Of a stretch of 64,000 bases of DNA, positions 37,901 to 51,540 are shown piece after piece. The stretch is from NCBI GenBank assembly GCA_051453625.1, contig JBOZIK010000001.1, positions 4,317,642 to 4,381,641 on the forward strand. The letters are read 5' to 3'. The notes below the pieces were generated by a model. That model had not been told where the DNA came from. It saw only the letters and a program-made list of their open reading frames with translations, and searched no databases. Made by a program: the position numbers and the translations under genes. The first letter of the stretch is position 1, and each line of letters starts with the position of its first letter. Origin of the DNA: Welwitschia mirabilis (lineage: Eukaryota).

Positions 37901-40739
37901 AGGCTACTAAGAAGCATGAGGATTGTCATCACTCATGTATGTAAACTAGATTTTAGTTTGAATATTTACATATAGCAACATCATATTTCTATTTAAAAAC
38001 CATAGGTTTTCTATTCATAGTTATCAGTTTTTTTCAGTTTGTAATAATAGTCTGTCTTCCTCATGTCTCTAAACAACATTGGAAATGACAACATAAATTT
38101 TTCAATTTATTTTATATTTGTAAATTTTTTTTTTGTATCTAAAGAAATAGTAAAATAACTATTATCTTCTTTATCATCCTCATAACAAGGTGGAAGATAG
38201 CCTTTGTTTCTATTTTTTTCCTCACGGGTTTCTGCTTTTAGCAATTTTTGAATTTGGTAATAATTTAATTTTGTCATCTTTTATGTCTTTCTCATAACTA
38301 GACAGATGACTGTTAATTATTTTTTATTTTATTTTTATTATTTTCTCTCTAAAGGATGTGATGATATCATCAATACAGAAAAGAAATATCAAAGAGAAAG
38401 GCTACTAATAGAAGTAAATATTAGAGAAGGATTAGTTAACTTTGAGATAGAATCAAGTACATAATCCCCAGGTGCATATAATATCCCTTTTAAGTTCATA
38501 TTTTCTAAATCTTATTCTGTGAAAGAAAGTTTTTTTAGAAATTAATTTAGAAAAAGATATTTTTAACATGTCAAACATTGTGCAAAATTAAAAACAAGTT
38601 ATAAGTATTCACCCTTAAGGAACTAATAGCTAACAGAAAATAGGAAATACAAACTCCTTTTGATTTACCCCCAGGAGATGATGTTGAATTAAAATATTTA
38701 AATGCCTATCCCATATTTAGTGATGAAAATGATGAGGATCTCTCTAACACATTACAAACATTGAATAATTAGTTCTTACTTCTAGAAATGAAAAGAAAAG
38801 AATTAGTGATCAGACATATATGGTTATTTTTCTAATTATGCTAAAAGAAAAGATAAAACTTTGGTTAAGAACTATACTCCACAAGAGTTTAAAAACTTGG
38901 AATTAAATCTAGGAAGTTTTCATTAAGAGATTTATGAGTGAAGAAACCATTATAAAGAGAAAAAAAAGAAGTGACTAATTTTTAACAACAACCAAATGGA
39001 CATTATGCTTCTACATATGAATGCTTATTTATTGCAATTTATTTTAATCCAATAAATGCTTTCACATAAGATAAGCTAACAAATTAATTTTACACTGGAA
39101 TAAACAAAAAAAATGAGACAACTCATATTTTTCTTGTGATGAAGACTCAATGAATCTCACATTAGAAAATGCTTGAAAAACATTAAAAGAACTTGTAGAG
39201 GTGAGAAAAACATGGCCAAAGTCAACATCGTGGAATAACTACACTATAGGAGAAATCATCAAGAATTTAAAAGAAGTCAAACAAGAAAAGAAGGTAGACA
39301 AAATAGAAACAGAACCTACAAATTTAATTAAGGAATTTAAAACAAATTTGGATAGATATATAGAGATGATTTTAGATACAAAATAAGCAACTAAAAAGAG
39401 TTTTATGCTAACATGTAACTTATGCAAGGACGGCTATCACATAACCAAGGATTATCACTATTGCCAATCTACAAGGAAAAAGTATATGAAGAAGTTTGTA
39501 CTTTTAATAAAAAATTTTCAAATTTTCAAAACCAAAGCCAAAATTAGGACCAAAAGTAGTTATAACCCAGGATGCATACACAATTCACTTTTCAAACCTT
39601 TGACAATAAATTTAAAAATTTTCAAATCAATTTTTAACCTTTCAAAAAGCAATTTGAAAATTCAAACTTTCAATTAAGTTCATCAAATCAAAATTATTCA
39701 CTTAGAAATTATATAAATGAACTTAGAAAGTCATAAGAAAAGATAAACTTTAACATTGAGAACTTAGCAAATGTCCTTTAATAAACCATATTAACAAATN
39801 NNNNNNNNNNNNNNNNNNNNNNNNNNNNNNNNNNNNNNNNNNNNNNNNNNNNNNNNNNNNNNNNNNNNNNNNNNNNNNNNNNNTAAGGAGAACTATTACA
39901 AACCCAAGGATTTTCTACTATTACCAACATACAAGGAGAAAGTATATGAAGAAGTTATACTTTCAACCAAAAATTTTTAAACTTTCAAAACCAAAAACAA
40001 AATTATAAAAAAAATTCTAGTCACAACCTAGGATGCATACACAATCCAATTTTCAAACCTTTGATGATAAGTTGAAAAATTTTTAAACCAATTTTAAACC
40101 TTTAGTTTCAAAAATCAATTTAAAAATTGAAAATTTTAACCAATTTCATTGAATTAAAATGATTTACTTAAAAATTCTCTAGATGAACTTAGGAAATCAT
40201 CATAAAATACAAAATATAGCATTGAAAACTTAGTAAATGACCTTTAATAATTAATATTAACAAATTAAAAACTACAAGGATCATTAATAACACAACCTCT
40301 ACTAAATTCTAATGAAGTAAAAAAAGAGTGTAAGATTATAACACAAAGTGGACATAAAGAAAAGCCTCCTCCTTATAAAGCATCAACCTATCAAAACCAA
40401 ATTAGATATTATGAGAAGAAAGAGAACATTAAAATGCTATAAAATCATAAATTCCCTTTTCATGATAAAAGAAAAAAGTAAAATTCTTAAGAAATAGAGA
40501 ATAAACTAGGTACCTCTTAGCTTAATAGGCTAATACTAAAGATTTGATGAACATCTCAAAATATTAATGCAAAATGTGAGTATAAACTTATCATTCTGGA
40601 ATCTTTCACAAGAAAACCCAAAGTACTCTAAGCTATGGAAAGACTTAATAAGAAAAAAACAAAAATGAATTTTTCCTAGCAAAGTCTTCTTAGCTCAATA
40701 TCTTATAAACTTAGTGTTACATTAGAGAAAAACAAAAAA

Positions 40740-43700
40740 AATAAAAAGGGCTTTAATTAACATTAAAATAGGTGTTAACATCATGCTACTACACATTTGT
40801 AAGAGACTTGATTTAGAAGGTATAATAGAGCCCATTTGAATTATCTTGAAATTAGTAGATACATCGATTAGGAAACCCTTAAGAGTCATAAAGGATTTAG
40901 TAATCTAAATTAAAGAGGAATTTTACCTAATAGATGTGGTTTTAATAGAGGTCAAACATAATGAAAGTTACCCATTACTTCTAGAAAGATCCTTTTGTGT
41001 AATAGCCCATTACATTATCGATACAAGAAAAATTTTTCAATTAGAGTTTTTAATGCAACTGAGAAGAATTTAGGTGATAATGAAATGTAGAAAATAAAAT
41101 TAAACCAACCTTATTTTTGCAACATCATTTACTTAAAGAATGATGGCTAATGTTACATGAACCTACACTTAATGACAATCCACTTAAAATTGAAAAATTA
41201 AAAGCTTTTGATACATCAACTTTAAGCATTTAGAAAATGATCTTTTGAAGAAGAAATAGAATCCTTAGTATATAAGGAAGTCCAATCATTAACAACAAAT
41301 GAAAAGTTACACTTTAAAGGAGATCATCCACTACATGAGTTTATAACAAAAATTAGAAATTTTAGTCTAAATATTCCTAGTGGACTGAAGTTAATTTTTC
41401 TTTATAATAATTGGAACAAACCTTTAATTATTAACAAAAATATCTTCCCTAAATAAGATTTAACCTTAATCTTCCTTTTTACTTCCAAAATCCATGCCTT
41501 TGCTTAGTGTCATAAAGATTTATTTGTTATTCTCCTTTCTATTATTTAGCATAAAATCTATCTTAAGGAACATGTAAAACCTATTAGAATACCATAAATA
41601 ATATTAAATCCAGCATTAAAACAAGTAGTTAAGGATGAAATCATTAAAGTAATAGATGTTAGAATCATTTATGCTATATCATATAGTGAATTACTGGTCC
41701 CTTAACTATAGTACCAAAAAAGGGTGGGAAATGGAGAGTATGCATAGATTTTAGAAAACTAAACAAAGTCAAGAAAAAGGATTATTGTCCTCTATCCTTT
41801 CTTAACAAGATACTTGATAGAATTTAGGGATATGCTTCTTTATTGCTTATTAGATGGATATAGCGATTATAACTAGGTTTGCATAGCTAGCGAAGACTAG
41901 GCTAAAACAACTTTTACTTTACCTTTTGGGACATTTGCTTTTAGATGAATGCCTTTTAGATGATGTAATGCTCTTAGAAATTTTCAACATTCTATGATGG
42001 ATAATTTTTTTAGATATATTAGAGGACTCAATATAAATTTTTTGGGATGACTTTTCAGTCTTTGGAGAAACCTTTGATCAAATCCTATAAAGATTAGAAA
42101 AGATCCTTGATAGATGTACAAAGTATGGCCTTCACTTAAGTTGGGAAAATAGCTTATTTTTAGTTGATAATGGAATAGTTTTAGGTCACCACATTTCTAA
42201 AAGAGGAACTAGGGTGAATCCTAAAAAGGTTGATATCATTCAAAATCTAACCCCTTCAACTAATGTAAAACAACTTCGATCTTTTCTTGGACATTGTAGT
42301 TTTCATTACTGCTTCATATAAGATTATGCTAAAATCTATAAGATTCTTAATTCATTACTAGAGAAAGAAACTAAATTTGATTGGAATGAATCTTATCAGC
42401 TTACTTTTAAAACACTTAAACATAAATTCTTTTATGCTTCTATCGTAATAGGACCTAATTGGGAAAATGATCTGATGCTAGTAATTTTATTGTGAATGGG
42501 GTGCTTTGATAAAAATATGAAAATGATTACAAAGTTATATCTTACCATAGTAAAACATTATCCAAATCTTAAACAAATTATACAACTACTGATAGAGAAG
42601 TTATCCATAATCGTTTACCTCAATAATCTTAGACATTATCTTTTAGGCTTTTATACAAACATTTATAGAAATCATGTAGCAATTAAATACTTAATGACTA
42701 AGAAATATTCTAGTACTAGGTTGATTAAATGAATTCTCTTAATGCAAGAATTCAATCTCATCATCATAGATAAGGTAGGGAAACATAGAAACATAGTAGA
42801 TCACTTATCATGCCTTTGTTATTCTGATGATGATCTTTCTATTAATGATGTCTTTTCTGGATGAATAACTATTAGCTATATCTTCTATTTATCCCCTCCA
42901 TGATATGTTGACATCATCAATTATCTTATTACTTTAAGAACACCAAAAAATTAGAGTCACAATTAAATAAAATATTTTCTCAATATGATTTTTGACTATC
43001 AGTGGATAGTGCCCCATATTTATCATAGGTGTAAGGATCAAATTATAAGAAAATGTATGCCAAAATGAGGGAAGCTAATATATTTCATCTTTCTCATGGT
43101 AGTCCTTGTGGTGGACATTTTAGCAGCTAGAAAATAGTCATGAAATTTCTTCACTCTAGATTTTATAAGCCTAGTACTTTTTAGGGCTTTTTTTGATTAT
43201 GCTAAAAGGTGTATGCATGTCAAAATTTTGGTAGTCCTTTATGATTACAAGAAATTTTTTTTAAACTTATTCTTAAGTGTGAATCTTTTAATTATTGGGG
43301 AATCAATTTCATAAGCCCAATTAAACCACCTTATAAAGATTAAAATTACATTTTAGTGGCTATAGATTATGTAACTAAATGGATTAAAGTAGTTCCTACT
43401 TTCTCATATGATGTCTGAACCATTTGTAACTTTGTTAAAACTCAAATTTTTTAATGTTTTAGATTTTCTTGAATAATTATTAGTGAGTAAGAAATCCATT
43501 TCATCAATTATTATTTTAGAAAACTTATTTTATCCATTAAAATAAAACATCAAGCATCTTGTGCTTACCATCCTCAAACCAATGGATAAGATGAAAATTC
43601 TAATCGAGAAATTAAAAAAAATGCTTCAAAAACTTGTTTCTATCAATAAGAAATCATGGGCTTTCAAACTGTATGATGTTCTTTGGGCTTACTATATATC

Positions 43701-44760
43701 TNNNNNNNNNNTATATCTTGGCATAATTTACTTAGTTTTTTACCTTATGAACTTATATATGGTAAAGTCTATGTTTTACTTGTTGATGTTTGTTGTAATT
43801 CTTATCATTCTATACATCAACTTAACTTTGTAGATTTAGAACAAAATATTAAAACTTGTTTATATCAATTAGATCATTTAGATGAGAAATAAAATTGAGC
43901 TATTCATTGTTAACTTATTCATGAAGTCTAAAATAAGTTCAAAGATGATAAAAAGTTAATCCATAAGAACTTTGAACATAGTTAACTAGTCTTGTTATAC
44001 AATACTAGTTACATCTTTTACATAATAAGTTAATCTCAAAATGGTCATATCCTTATCCTATTAAGGAAGTACATTCTAATGAATCTATTGAGATTTTTTA
44101 CTTGACCACTAAAGAAATTTAGAAAGTTAATGGCCAAAGGTTANNNNNNNNNNNNNNNNNNNNNNNNNNNNNNNNNNNNNNNNNNNNNNNNNNNNNNNNN
44201 NNNNNNNNNNNNNNNNNNNNNNNNNNNNNNNNNNNNNNNNNNNNNNNNNNNNNNNNNNNNNNNNNNNNNNNNNNNNNNNNNNNNNNNNNNNNNNNNNNNN
44301 NNNNNNNNNNNNNNNNNNNNNNNNNNNNNNNNNNNNNNNNNNNNNNNNNNNNNNNNNNNNNNNNNNNNNNNNNNNNNNNNNNNNNNNNNNNNNNNNNNNN
44401 NNNNNNNNNNNNNNNNNNNNNNNNNNNNNNNNNNNNNNNNNNNNNNNNNNNNNNNNNNNNNNNNNNNNNNNNNNNNNNNNNNNNNNNNNNNNNNNNNNNN
44501 NNNNNNNNNNNNNNNNNNNNNNNNNNNNNNNNNNNNNNNNNNNNNNNNNNNNNNNNNNNNNNNNNNNNNNNNNNNNNNNNNNNNNNNNNNNNNNNNNNNN
44601 NNNNNNNNNNNNNNNNNNNNNNNNNTTAAGTCCTTACCTTATTAAGAAAGTACATTCTAATAACTCTATTAAGATTTTTGACTTAACCACTAAAGAAATT
44701 CAGAAAGTTAATGGACAAAGGTTAAAAATATATGAGCAACCTTCTAATACAAACATGATA
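40740..44760 (+). pseudogene. pol: Gypsy pol pseudogene (PR, RT, RNase H, integrase)
   Basis: KRALINIKIGVNIM (~40744); VPKKGGKWRVCIDFRKLN (41711-41764); LDGYSDYN; FWDDFSVFG (42040-42066); SDASNF; HGSPCGGHF (~43094); AIDYVTKWIK; YHPQTNG (~43566); KVNGQRLKIY (~44704). Many stops and frameshifts. Confidence 0.95.
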
Positions 44761-46387
44761 GAAGCACTAGCCTTAGAGGTTCCTTTTGATGAGAAGAGTT
44801 TCTTCCCTACCATTGTTTGAATTTTCTCTTAGCTTATTTCTTTGAAGGCCATTATGACATCACTTGATCATCTTTCAAACATGACTTATATATTTATTTC
44901 ATTTCCATAACTAGTCTTTGATTTGGGAATTTTATAGTGATAAGATTGGATTCATCCAATCTTAAGACATTCACACATCTATAAACCTTATTTTGAAGGA
45001 ATATTCTTTATTTCTTATGTTTTTCATAATGATAAAAGGTCTTAGATCATTTAGGAGTGTTTTTTCCCCTATATTTCATCTTATTACTTTGCCTTTATCT
45101 TTTTGATGTATTGGATCATGTGGAATTTATATTTTATTCAAAAAAACAAAGAGAAGTAAACCATATTGTTTTATATCTAAGATAGCTTAAAAACATGGTC
45201 ATCATAATATCCTACCACAAGTACATTAGGGGAAATTTTCCCAAGAGGAGCCTTTGGTAATATAATATGGTAGCTATGGAAACTCCACTAGGAGGTTAGT
45301 TGGCCATTCTTCATGGGTTCTTACTTCTCTAATTGTGGTTGCACTTCCCTCATCATGGATAATAAAATAATAAAAACTTTAAGGCTATGGGATCAGTGGT
45401 GTTTCTGATACCATCAAAGGCATTTCTTATTTTCTAGATACTTAGCCTTTCCACATGATTATTTCATTCTTGAGTATTTAAGTGTTTGTTTTGAGATGTA
45501 AGTACATGAGTTTCATCTTATCACTTATTTTTTAAAGCATTTCGATTTTTAGCATCATCATCATCACTACCTTATAAAATGGAAATTTACATGTTTATAA
45601 TTTAGTCATGCATTTTAAATTAAATGATGTTATAATTTCATCCACAAGAATTTGCTAGGTTAAAATTTAGGGTAGGTAGGATATCTTCTTTATGTTACCT
45701 TATGTCCATTCTTTCTTTTTTCTTTCATTGTTCAATTAGTTATTTCAAAGTTATTTCTATATTTTCTTATCATTTTANNNNCTTAACATTTAATAGTTTC
45801 CTTGAGTTTTTAATAAATTAATTTCTTGATTACATAAGTTTTCTTAAAAATTTTGTGATGTTCATTTTCAGTCTTTTGAAGCTCTAAACAACATTCATAC
45901 TCATTTTTGTTAAGGCACATTTGTTGGGCATTCATGGTTCTACTTCATTTAAATTAGTACATTTTCATTTTCTACTCATTTTATATTTATCAAGATATTC
46001 CCTACATCTATATTTTTCAAATCTAACATTTCTACACTCAATTTCTCAACTATCAAAATTCAAAAACACCCATTGTCCCCTTTCTCATCTAGACATACTA
46101 ATTTTTATCTAATTTCATTAGCTAATAGTGGATGTTATTTTTTTCGAGGGAGGGAAAGAATTATTTCACCAATTTATGAGGTTGTTTTAAAGCACCTATG
46201 AGACATAATTTTTACGATTTTCACTCCATATATGCATTACATTTTATTCTGCTATGTGATAGGTTTAAGATTATTTATGAATCTATTTTATAATTTCCAA
46301 ATCAATTTTTTTAAAGACAATTTGGCTGATAATTATAGTTGTTCACCTAGTTTGGTTAAGGATTAACAAAGGTTAAGTGAAGGTATA

Positions 46388-47611
46388 TGATGCACTATCA
46401 AATTATATGTATTTAATGGGGTCTTATGAGCTATTTTTTAGGACACTTATATAGGTTTAGATGCAATTCTAAGGATTATGAATAGTTGAGGAATGATCAC
46501 AGAAACATGCAATTCTTAACATGTTTAGAGATATTTTAGGCCTATTCTAATGTTGAATGCTTTAGAGGAAAATCAATAATACTATAGCATAACTTCTCTT
46601 GAGTTAAAAAGATAATAAGGACTATCATTCCCACTATTATCCCCATTACAGGCAGGACAATATCCCTATATAAGCTACATAAGAATGCTGATGTGGATTG
46701 GATTTGAAACCACTAAAGTCATATTTTCTAAAGAAGTGTAATCTCCATGGTCATTTCCACAGCATGTAGGACAATAATTGATTATTCATGTTTCATTTTC
46801 CCCTATATCATCTCCATGATAGTCAGGACGATAACTAAAATGACTAGTTAACTATCATTCATTTTATCCATTTCTTTCTCTGATTCGAGCACATTTTTTA
46901 ACACATTTTGACTGAGGTTATGCCTTCTTTGTTGTATAAATAAATCCCCTCTTCCATCCTCCTATCATTTTCAATGCATTAGAAATTCTTTTCATAAGAG
47001 ATTGAAGGGTAGGAGATCCATCTTATGTAGTTGCAAAGAGACATTTTCATGATATTAGGCTATGCATCCTCCATTAAGGTGCAGCTACTTTCTAACCCAG
47101 ATGCTAGTTTAATCATTAATACAACCTCTATTTTTTTAATTTCTTAACACTGTTTATATCCCTTATTGTTTATGTTATTCTTAATTTGATGATAGTCTCA
47201 TTAATGATATAGATCTTAAGGCAACCTTCATTAAGGTTGACAATTATAGTTTAGAAGCATTTTTCTTACACTTTATTCAACTTACTTAATAACCTAAGTT
47301 GGTTTTAATTAGTGACAATCTCCTTAACTAACCTAGCTTATATAGGGTCAATCTTCTTGACAAGTTAATTTAGTAATTGGATAGGTGTTCATCTAGATTA
47401 AGTACATTTGCATTAAATTGCATGTTTACTTTCTTGCATTATTCTTAATTTTAGGATATAATATTTTCTTTGAAAATAATTTTTCCTTCTTCTCATTTAC
47501 AATATTTGGATCACTCCCATTTCTACTAGAGTATCATATTTTTAATATATCTATTTGTAATTAACAAGATTTAGTATGATGTAAAGGATTGCAAAATTAA
47601 GCATCACAAGA
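46388..47611 (+). repeat. 3' LTR (Athila-like family 1)
   Basis: Starts TGATGCAC after a purine-rich tract and aligns end to end with 32957-34159. Confidence 0.9.
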
Positions 47612-49205
47612 ATGTCAAAATAAGTCTCTAATATAAAAGATGGATTAATGTTCATGATGTTTTTCATGTGCCCAAAATCTCTAACTCATTACTTCCTTGG
47701 ACAGATGCTTCTAAGAAGTAATAAATATAAGTTTAGAATAAATGATTGTATCATAAAGGATGACACAAGCTTCTCTACTACTCTTTAAATAATTTCAAGT
47801 CAAATGTATGCATTGGCTTTTAGGGGAGATGATACAGTAGGTAAAAAATCACAACTTATGTCAATGTCTATTATGATTAAAAATTCTTTAATCCTTTGGC
47901 ACATGATATTATAACATGCTTTCTACATAAAAATTATGACTATGTTAAAAAATCAAAGTTTATTTAGCATTAAATGCTAAGGAATACTTATTAGAATTTG
48001 TAAAACATGCATGAAGTCCAAGAAAAAGGCTAATCTGCATAGTGTCACTATGAAGAGAAAAACTATATCACCTAAGTTAGTGTAGAAGGGTTTAATTAGT
48101 CTAACGGATTCTTGCACAATGAATGGCTCAAAATATTTTATGATGATTATTGATGATTTTCTAGGTACACTTAGTCCTATTTTCTCCATTCTAGAGATAA
48201 AAATACATAGTAAAAATTAATTAGGATAGATGATAAAAGCCATTTGAAGTAATAGAGGAGGTAAAATTTGAATAACAAGTTCCATAATTTTCTAATGAGT
48301 ATGGCATTATGAAGGAAACAACATGTGGTTACTTTTCATAAAGTAATGGAATAGATAAAAGGAAAAATGTTATAATATAAGAGATGACACACTTCTTATT
48401 GATACATTACTAGAATCATATTAAACTAAGACTATTACTATAGCCACATAACTTCTTAGTCGGGTAGTCACTAAATCAAATTTAGGTAAGACTCTATATG
48501 AGTTAATTTTCAAGAAAGTTTTAAATTTATCTCATGTAAAAATTTATATTGTATTTTTTGGGTACACATACCCAATCAATTAACATCTAAACTTGATGAT
48601 AGAAGTAAGCAGTGCATTTTTGTTGGATATAAATTAAAATATTATGAGAATAGATGTTTTAAATCCATTAGTAAAAATTATTTCATTTCTAAAGATGTCA
48701 AGTTTTATGAATTAAAATTTGATTTAGCACACTTCTCTTATGAATAAGATAATGTCAGTGATCCATCCATTACTTCTCAAGAATCTATGCCAATAAGAAT
48801 TATCAAGGAACATCCACATTCTTAAATATTGAATACAAATTTTCAAAGGATATTTATAAGAAGTATAAGCACATCTCATGTAGCATAGTTGATAAAGCTC
48901 TTTAATCTCCAATTTGAAGAGAAGTAATGCAAAATGAAAGGAACACGAGAACTTGTGGACAGGCCAAAGGAAAAGAATATCATCAACTTCAAATGTATTT
49001 TCAAAATAAAAATGGATGACAAATGCATTTTCACAAGTTACAAAACAAGGTTACTTACTAAGGCCTACAAGTAAAAGAAGCCCATTTATGATGAAGAAAT
49101 TTTTTGCACCAATTGTCAGGTTAAAAACTTTAGAACTTGTGATTTCTTTAGTAGTTCATGTAGGTTTTGTTTTCACTAAATGGATGTAAATAGTTCATTT
49201 TTAAC
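47612..49205 (+). mobile_element. Copia element, right part (integrase, start of RT), truncated
   Basis: VHDVFHVPKI (~47650); MIKAI*SNRGGK (~48229); NGIDKRKN; SKLDDRSKQCIFVGY (48586-48630); ELVDRPKEKNII; YKTRLLTKAY; MDVNSSFL (~49179-49203). Confidence 0.92.
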
Positions 49206-51540
49206 ATAGGATTCCCACTTATTTTTCAAAATTCTAACAAATATGTATCTTAAAAATTGAAGATAAAAGGAAATTCAAGATTCCCATCCAAGTTATCTCT
49301 TATGAAAGGAAATATAGTATCAGTTTAGATTCATCGTATCATAATTTATCTTAATCATTCATTAAAATTAAATAATGAATAGTCTACATTCACCTTTACA
49401 TCTATAAATACAGATCCCAAACCTCGCATTTTCTTAAAAATTTATTTGTGTCTTGCCTTACTCTATTCTTGTGTTATAATTTTTACCTTTTTTATTTGTT
49501 AATTACACTATAAGTAGCATAAAATCTTTTAATATAAGATTCATTACAAGTAACTTCAAAAGTCAAAGCCTTTAACCACTATACTTCTTTTAATCTTTTC
49601 CTTAGTTTTTTAAAATGTGTTAAAGATAATATTAAACTAAAAATAAACTTCTTCCTTGATTATAATATGATTCTTTACCTTGATTCTAGCCAGCAAAGAC
49701 ATGAGTAAAATAAGCACAACAAAAGAGAAATTTTAGTAAGATTGCAAAGGATAATTATAGAGTGATTTTAATTATGCATGTGATGTTAAAAATGAATTAC
49801 TTATAATAACTAATAGATAATAAAAGTACATGAATACCCAAAATATTAGTGATAATAAAAGCATTAATGCTTAATTCTAGATATATTTTTTTCTCTAATG
49901 TAAGACTTATTTTATAAAACCACATTCAAAATTTTAACTTTTTTTAATTTTTATTATATGAAATTACTAAGTTATAATTAAAAAAAATTCTATTAGCTAT
50001 TAGAATTAACTAAAATTTCTTAATGTAATTATAATTTTCTAAAATCTAGGTGGTAAAATCTAAAATTTTAATTATTTTTAAATAAAATTAATTATTAATA
50101 AAAATACATTATGAAAATTAATGAAAAATTATTAGTATGATCACCCCCCTAATTTTAATTTTTAATGAGATTACTAAGAATTTTATTTAAGCCATTTGAT
50201 AATTAGAAAATGCCATTTTTTACTATGCAACCTAATCATTTATCAGATCATATTGAAGGTATGATAACCTCTCTTTTCCCCTAATGAAGACCCCTCATCA
50301 AAGGTTTATTAACAATGTGGAGGGGTTATATTTCCTTCTTATTTATTTTTCTCTTCCTCTTCCTTTTTCATTTTATCTCCCTTTATCTAATGATCTTGTC
50401 AAAGGAATTAAACTTACTTCAATGTCACCATCAGAGATTAGGATGTGAATTGGGGGAGGAATAAGAAGTGGAAAGTACAATCATTGTAACTATATATTTC
50501 ACTAATTATAAGCTTTATAGTGGTAATGATAACTCTTTTAGAAATCATCGAAGCCTCCCTATTCATTGAAGATGGACTCAAGCTAGTTCACATGAACTTT
50601 TAGGAATTCATGTATAAAGATTAGGCTCAATAATATGAACTTAGTTTTACATTGTGTCATTTCTTATTTTACACATTAGATGATAAGTCTAATGTAAATG
50701 CTAAATAATATTATATTTTCTAGTTAATGCATTAGATAAGAAGTCTAATGTGGATGCTAGATAAGGTAGATATGTAAGGCTTGTCAAACTCACATAGATA
50801 TCATTATTAATATTTAATTTTTACTTGTTAAATAATGTTTTTACATTATAATTCTTTTATTTTTTAATATTTTAAAAAATATAGATCCAAAATATAAATT
50901 CACTAGTTTAACAAGTATATTTCTCTTTAGTAAAAATCATTAATTAGTTGATAATCAAATATTTTAGTGTTACTTAACATTTTTTTATAATACTATATAT
51001 AAACATTTATTTTAGTTTGTATAAATGTAATCTTAGTTTTAAAGTGTAGCTACTTCATTAAATTTTCTTATCACATTATCTTACATCTTTTTAAATTCAA
51101 ATGGTTATCTTTATAGAAAGAGTTCAATTCAAATAAATATTTCTTACCTTGAAACTCCTTTAATCTAGACATGAGTTATAGCTAACATTTCAGAATCATA
51201 GTGAATTCTTATATTTCTAATTTCTCTATCCTTTCTTCTACTATATTTAATCTATATAAGCCATAAATCATTTTACTTAAATTACATCCTCTCTTAATGC
51301 TTTTTAATTTATTTTTAGCTTTTCTTAAGTTCTACAATCATGGCTTCTAATGTGTCTAATCCTCTGAATGGGTCTTAAAGGAAGAATATGCCTCTTGAAT
51401 GAGTTGTTATCTATATCTTTTATGATGAATTATTTTTATAGTTCATTAAACTAGATGGAATAGTATCTAAGCTTATTGTAGTATCTTCTGGTTTTAAACT
51501 TGAAGAGGATTGGATAATGCAAGAGTCTATTGAAGTGGTG

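Larger units (their letters stand above)
37015..47611 (+). mobile_element. Athila-like Gypsy element B, near full length, degenerate
   Basis: Partial 5' LTR, PBS, gag, PR-RT-RH-INT order, ~1.6-kb 3' non-coding region and 3' LTR. Confidence 0.93.

Noticed and set aside
44130..44645. Long ORFs containing X runs (also 1899, 21065-21418, 36835-37153, 58930-59400)
   Set aside because: Artefacts of N gaps.
44760..46387. Athila env-like ORF in the 3' region
   Set aside because: No recognisable ORF or motif; too decayed to call.
50263..50329. Short inverted repeat ATAACCTCTC...GAGGGGTTAT
   Set aside because: A 10-bp imperfect stem with no TSD, compatible with chance.
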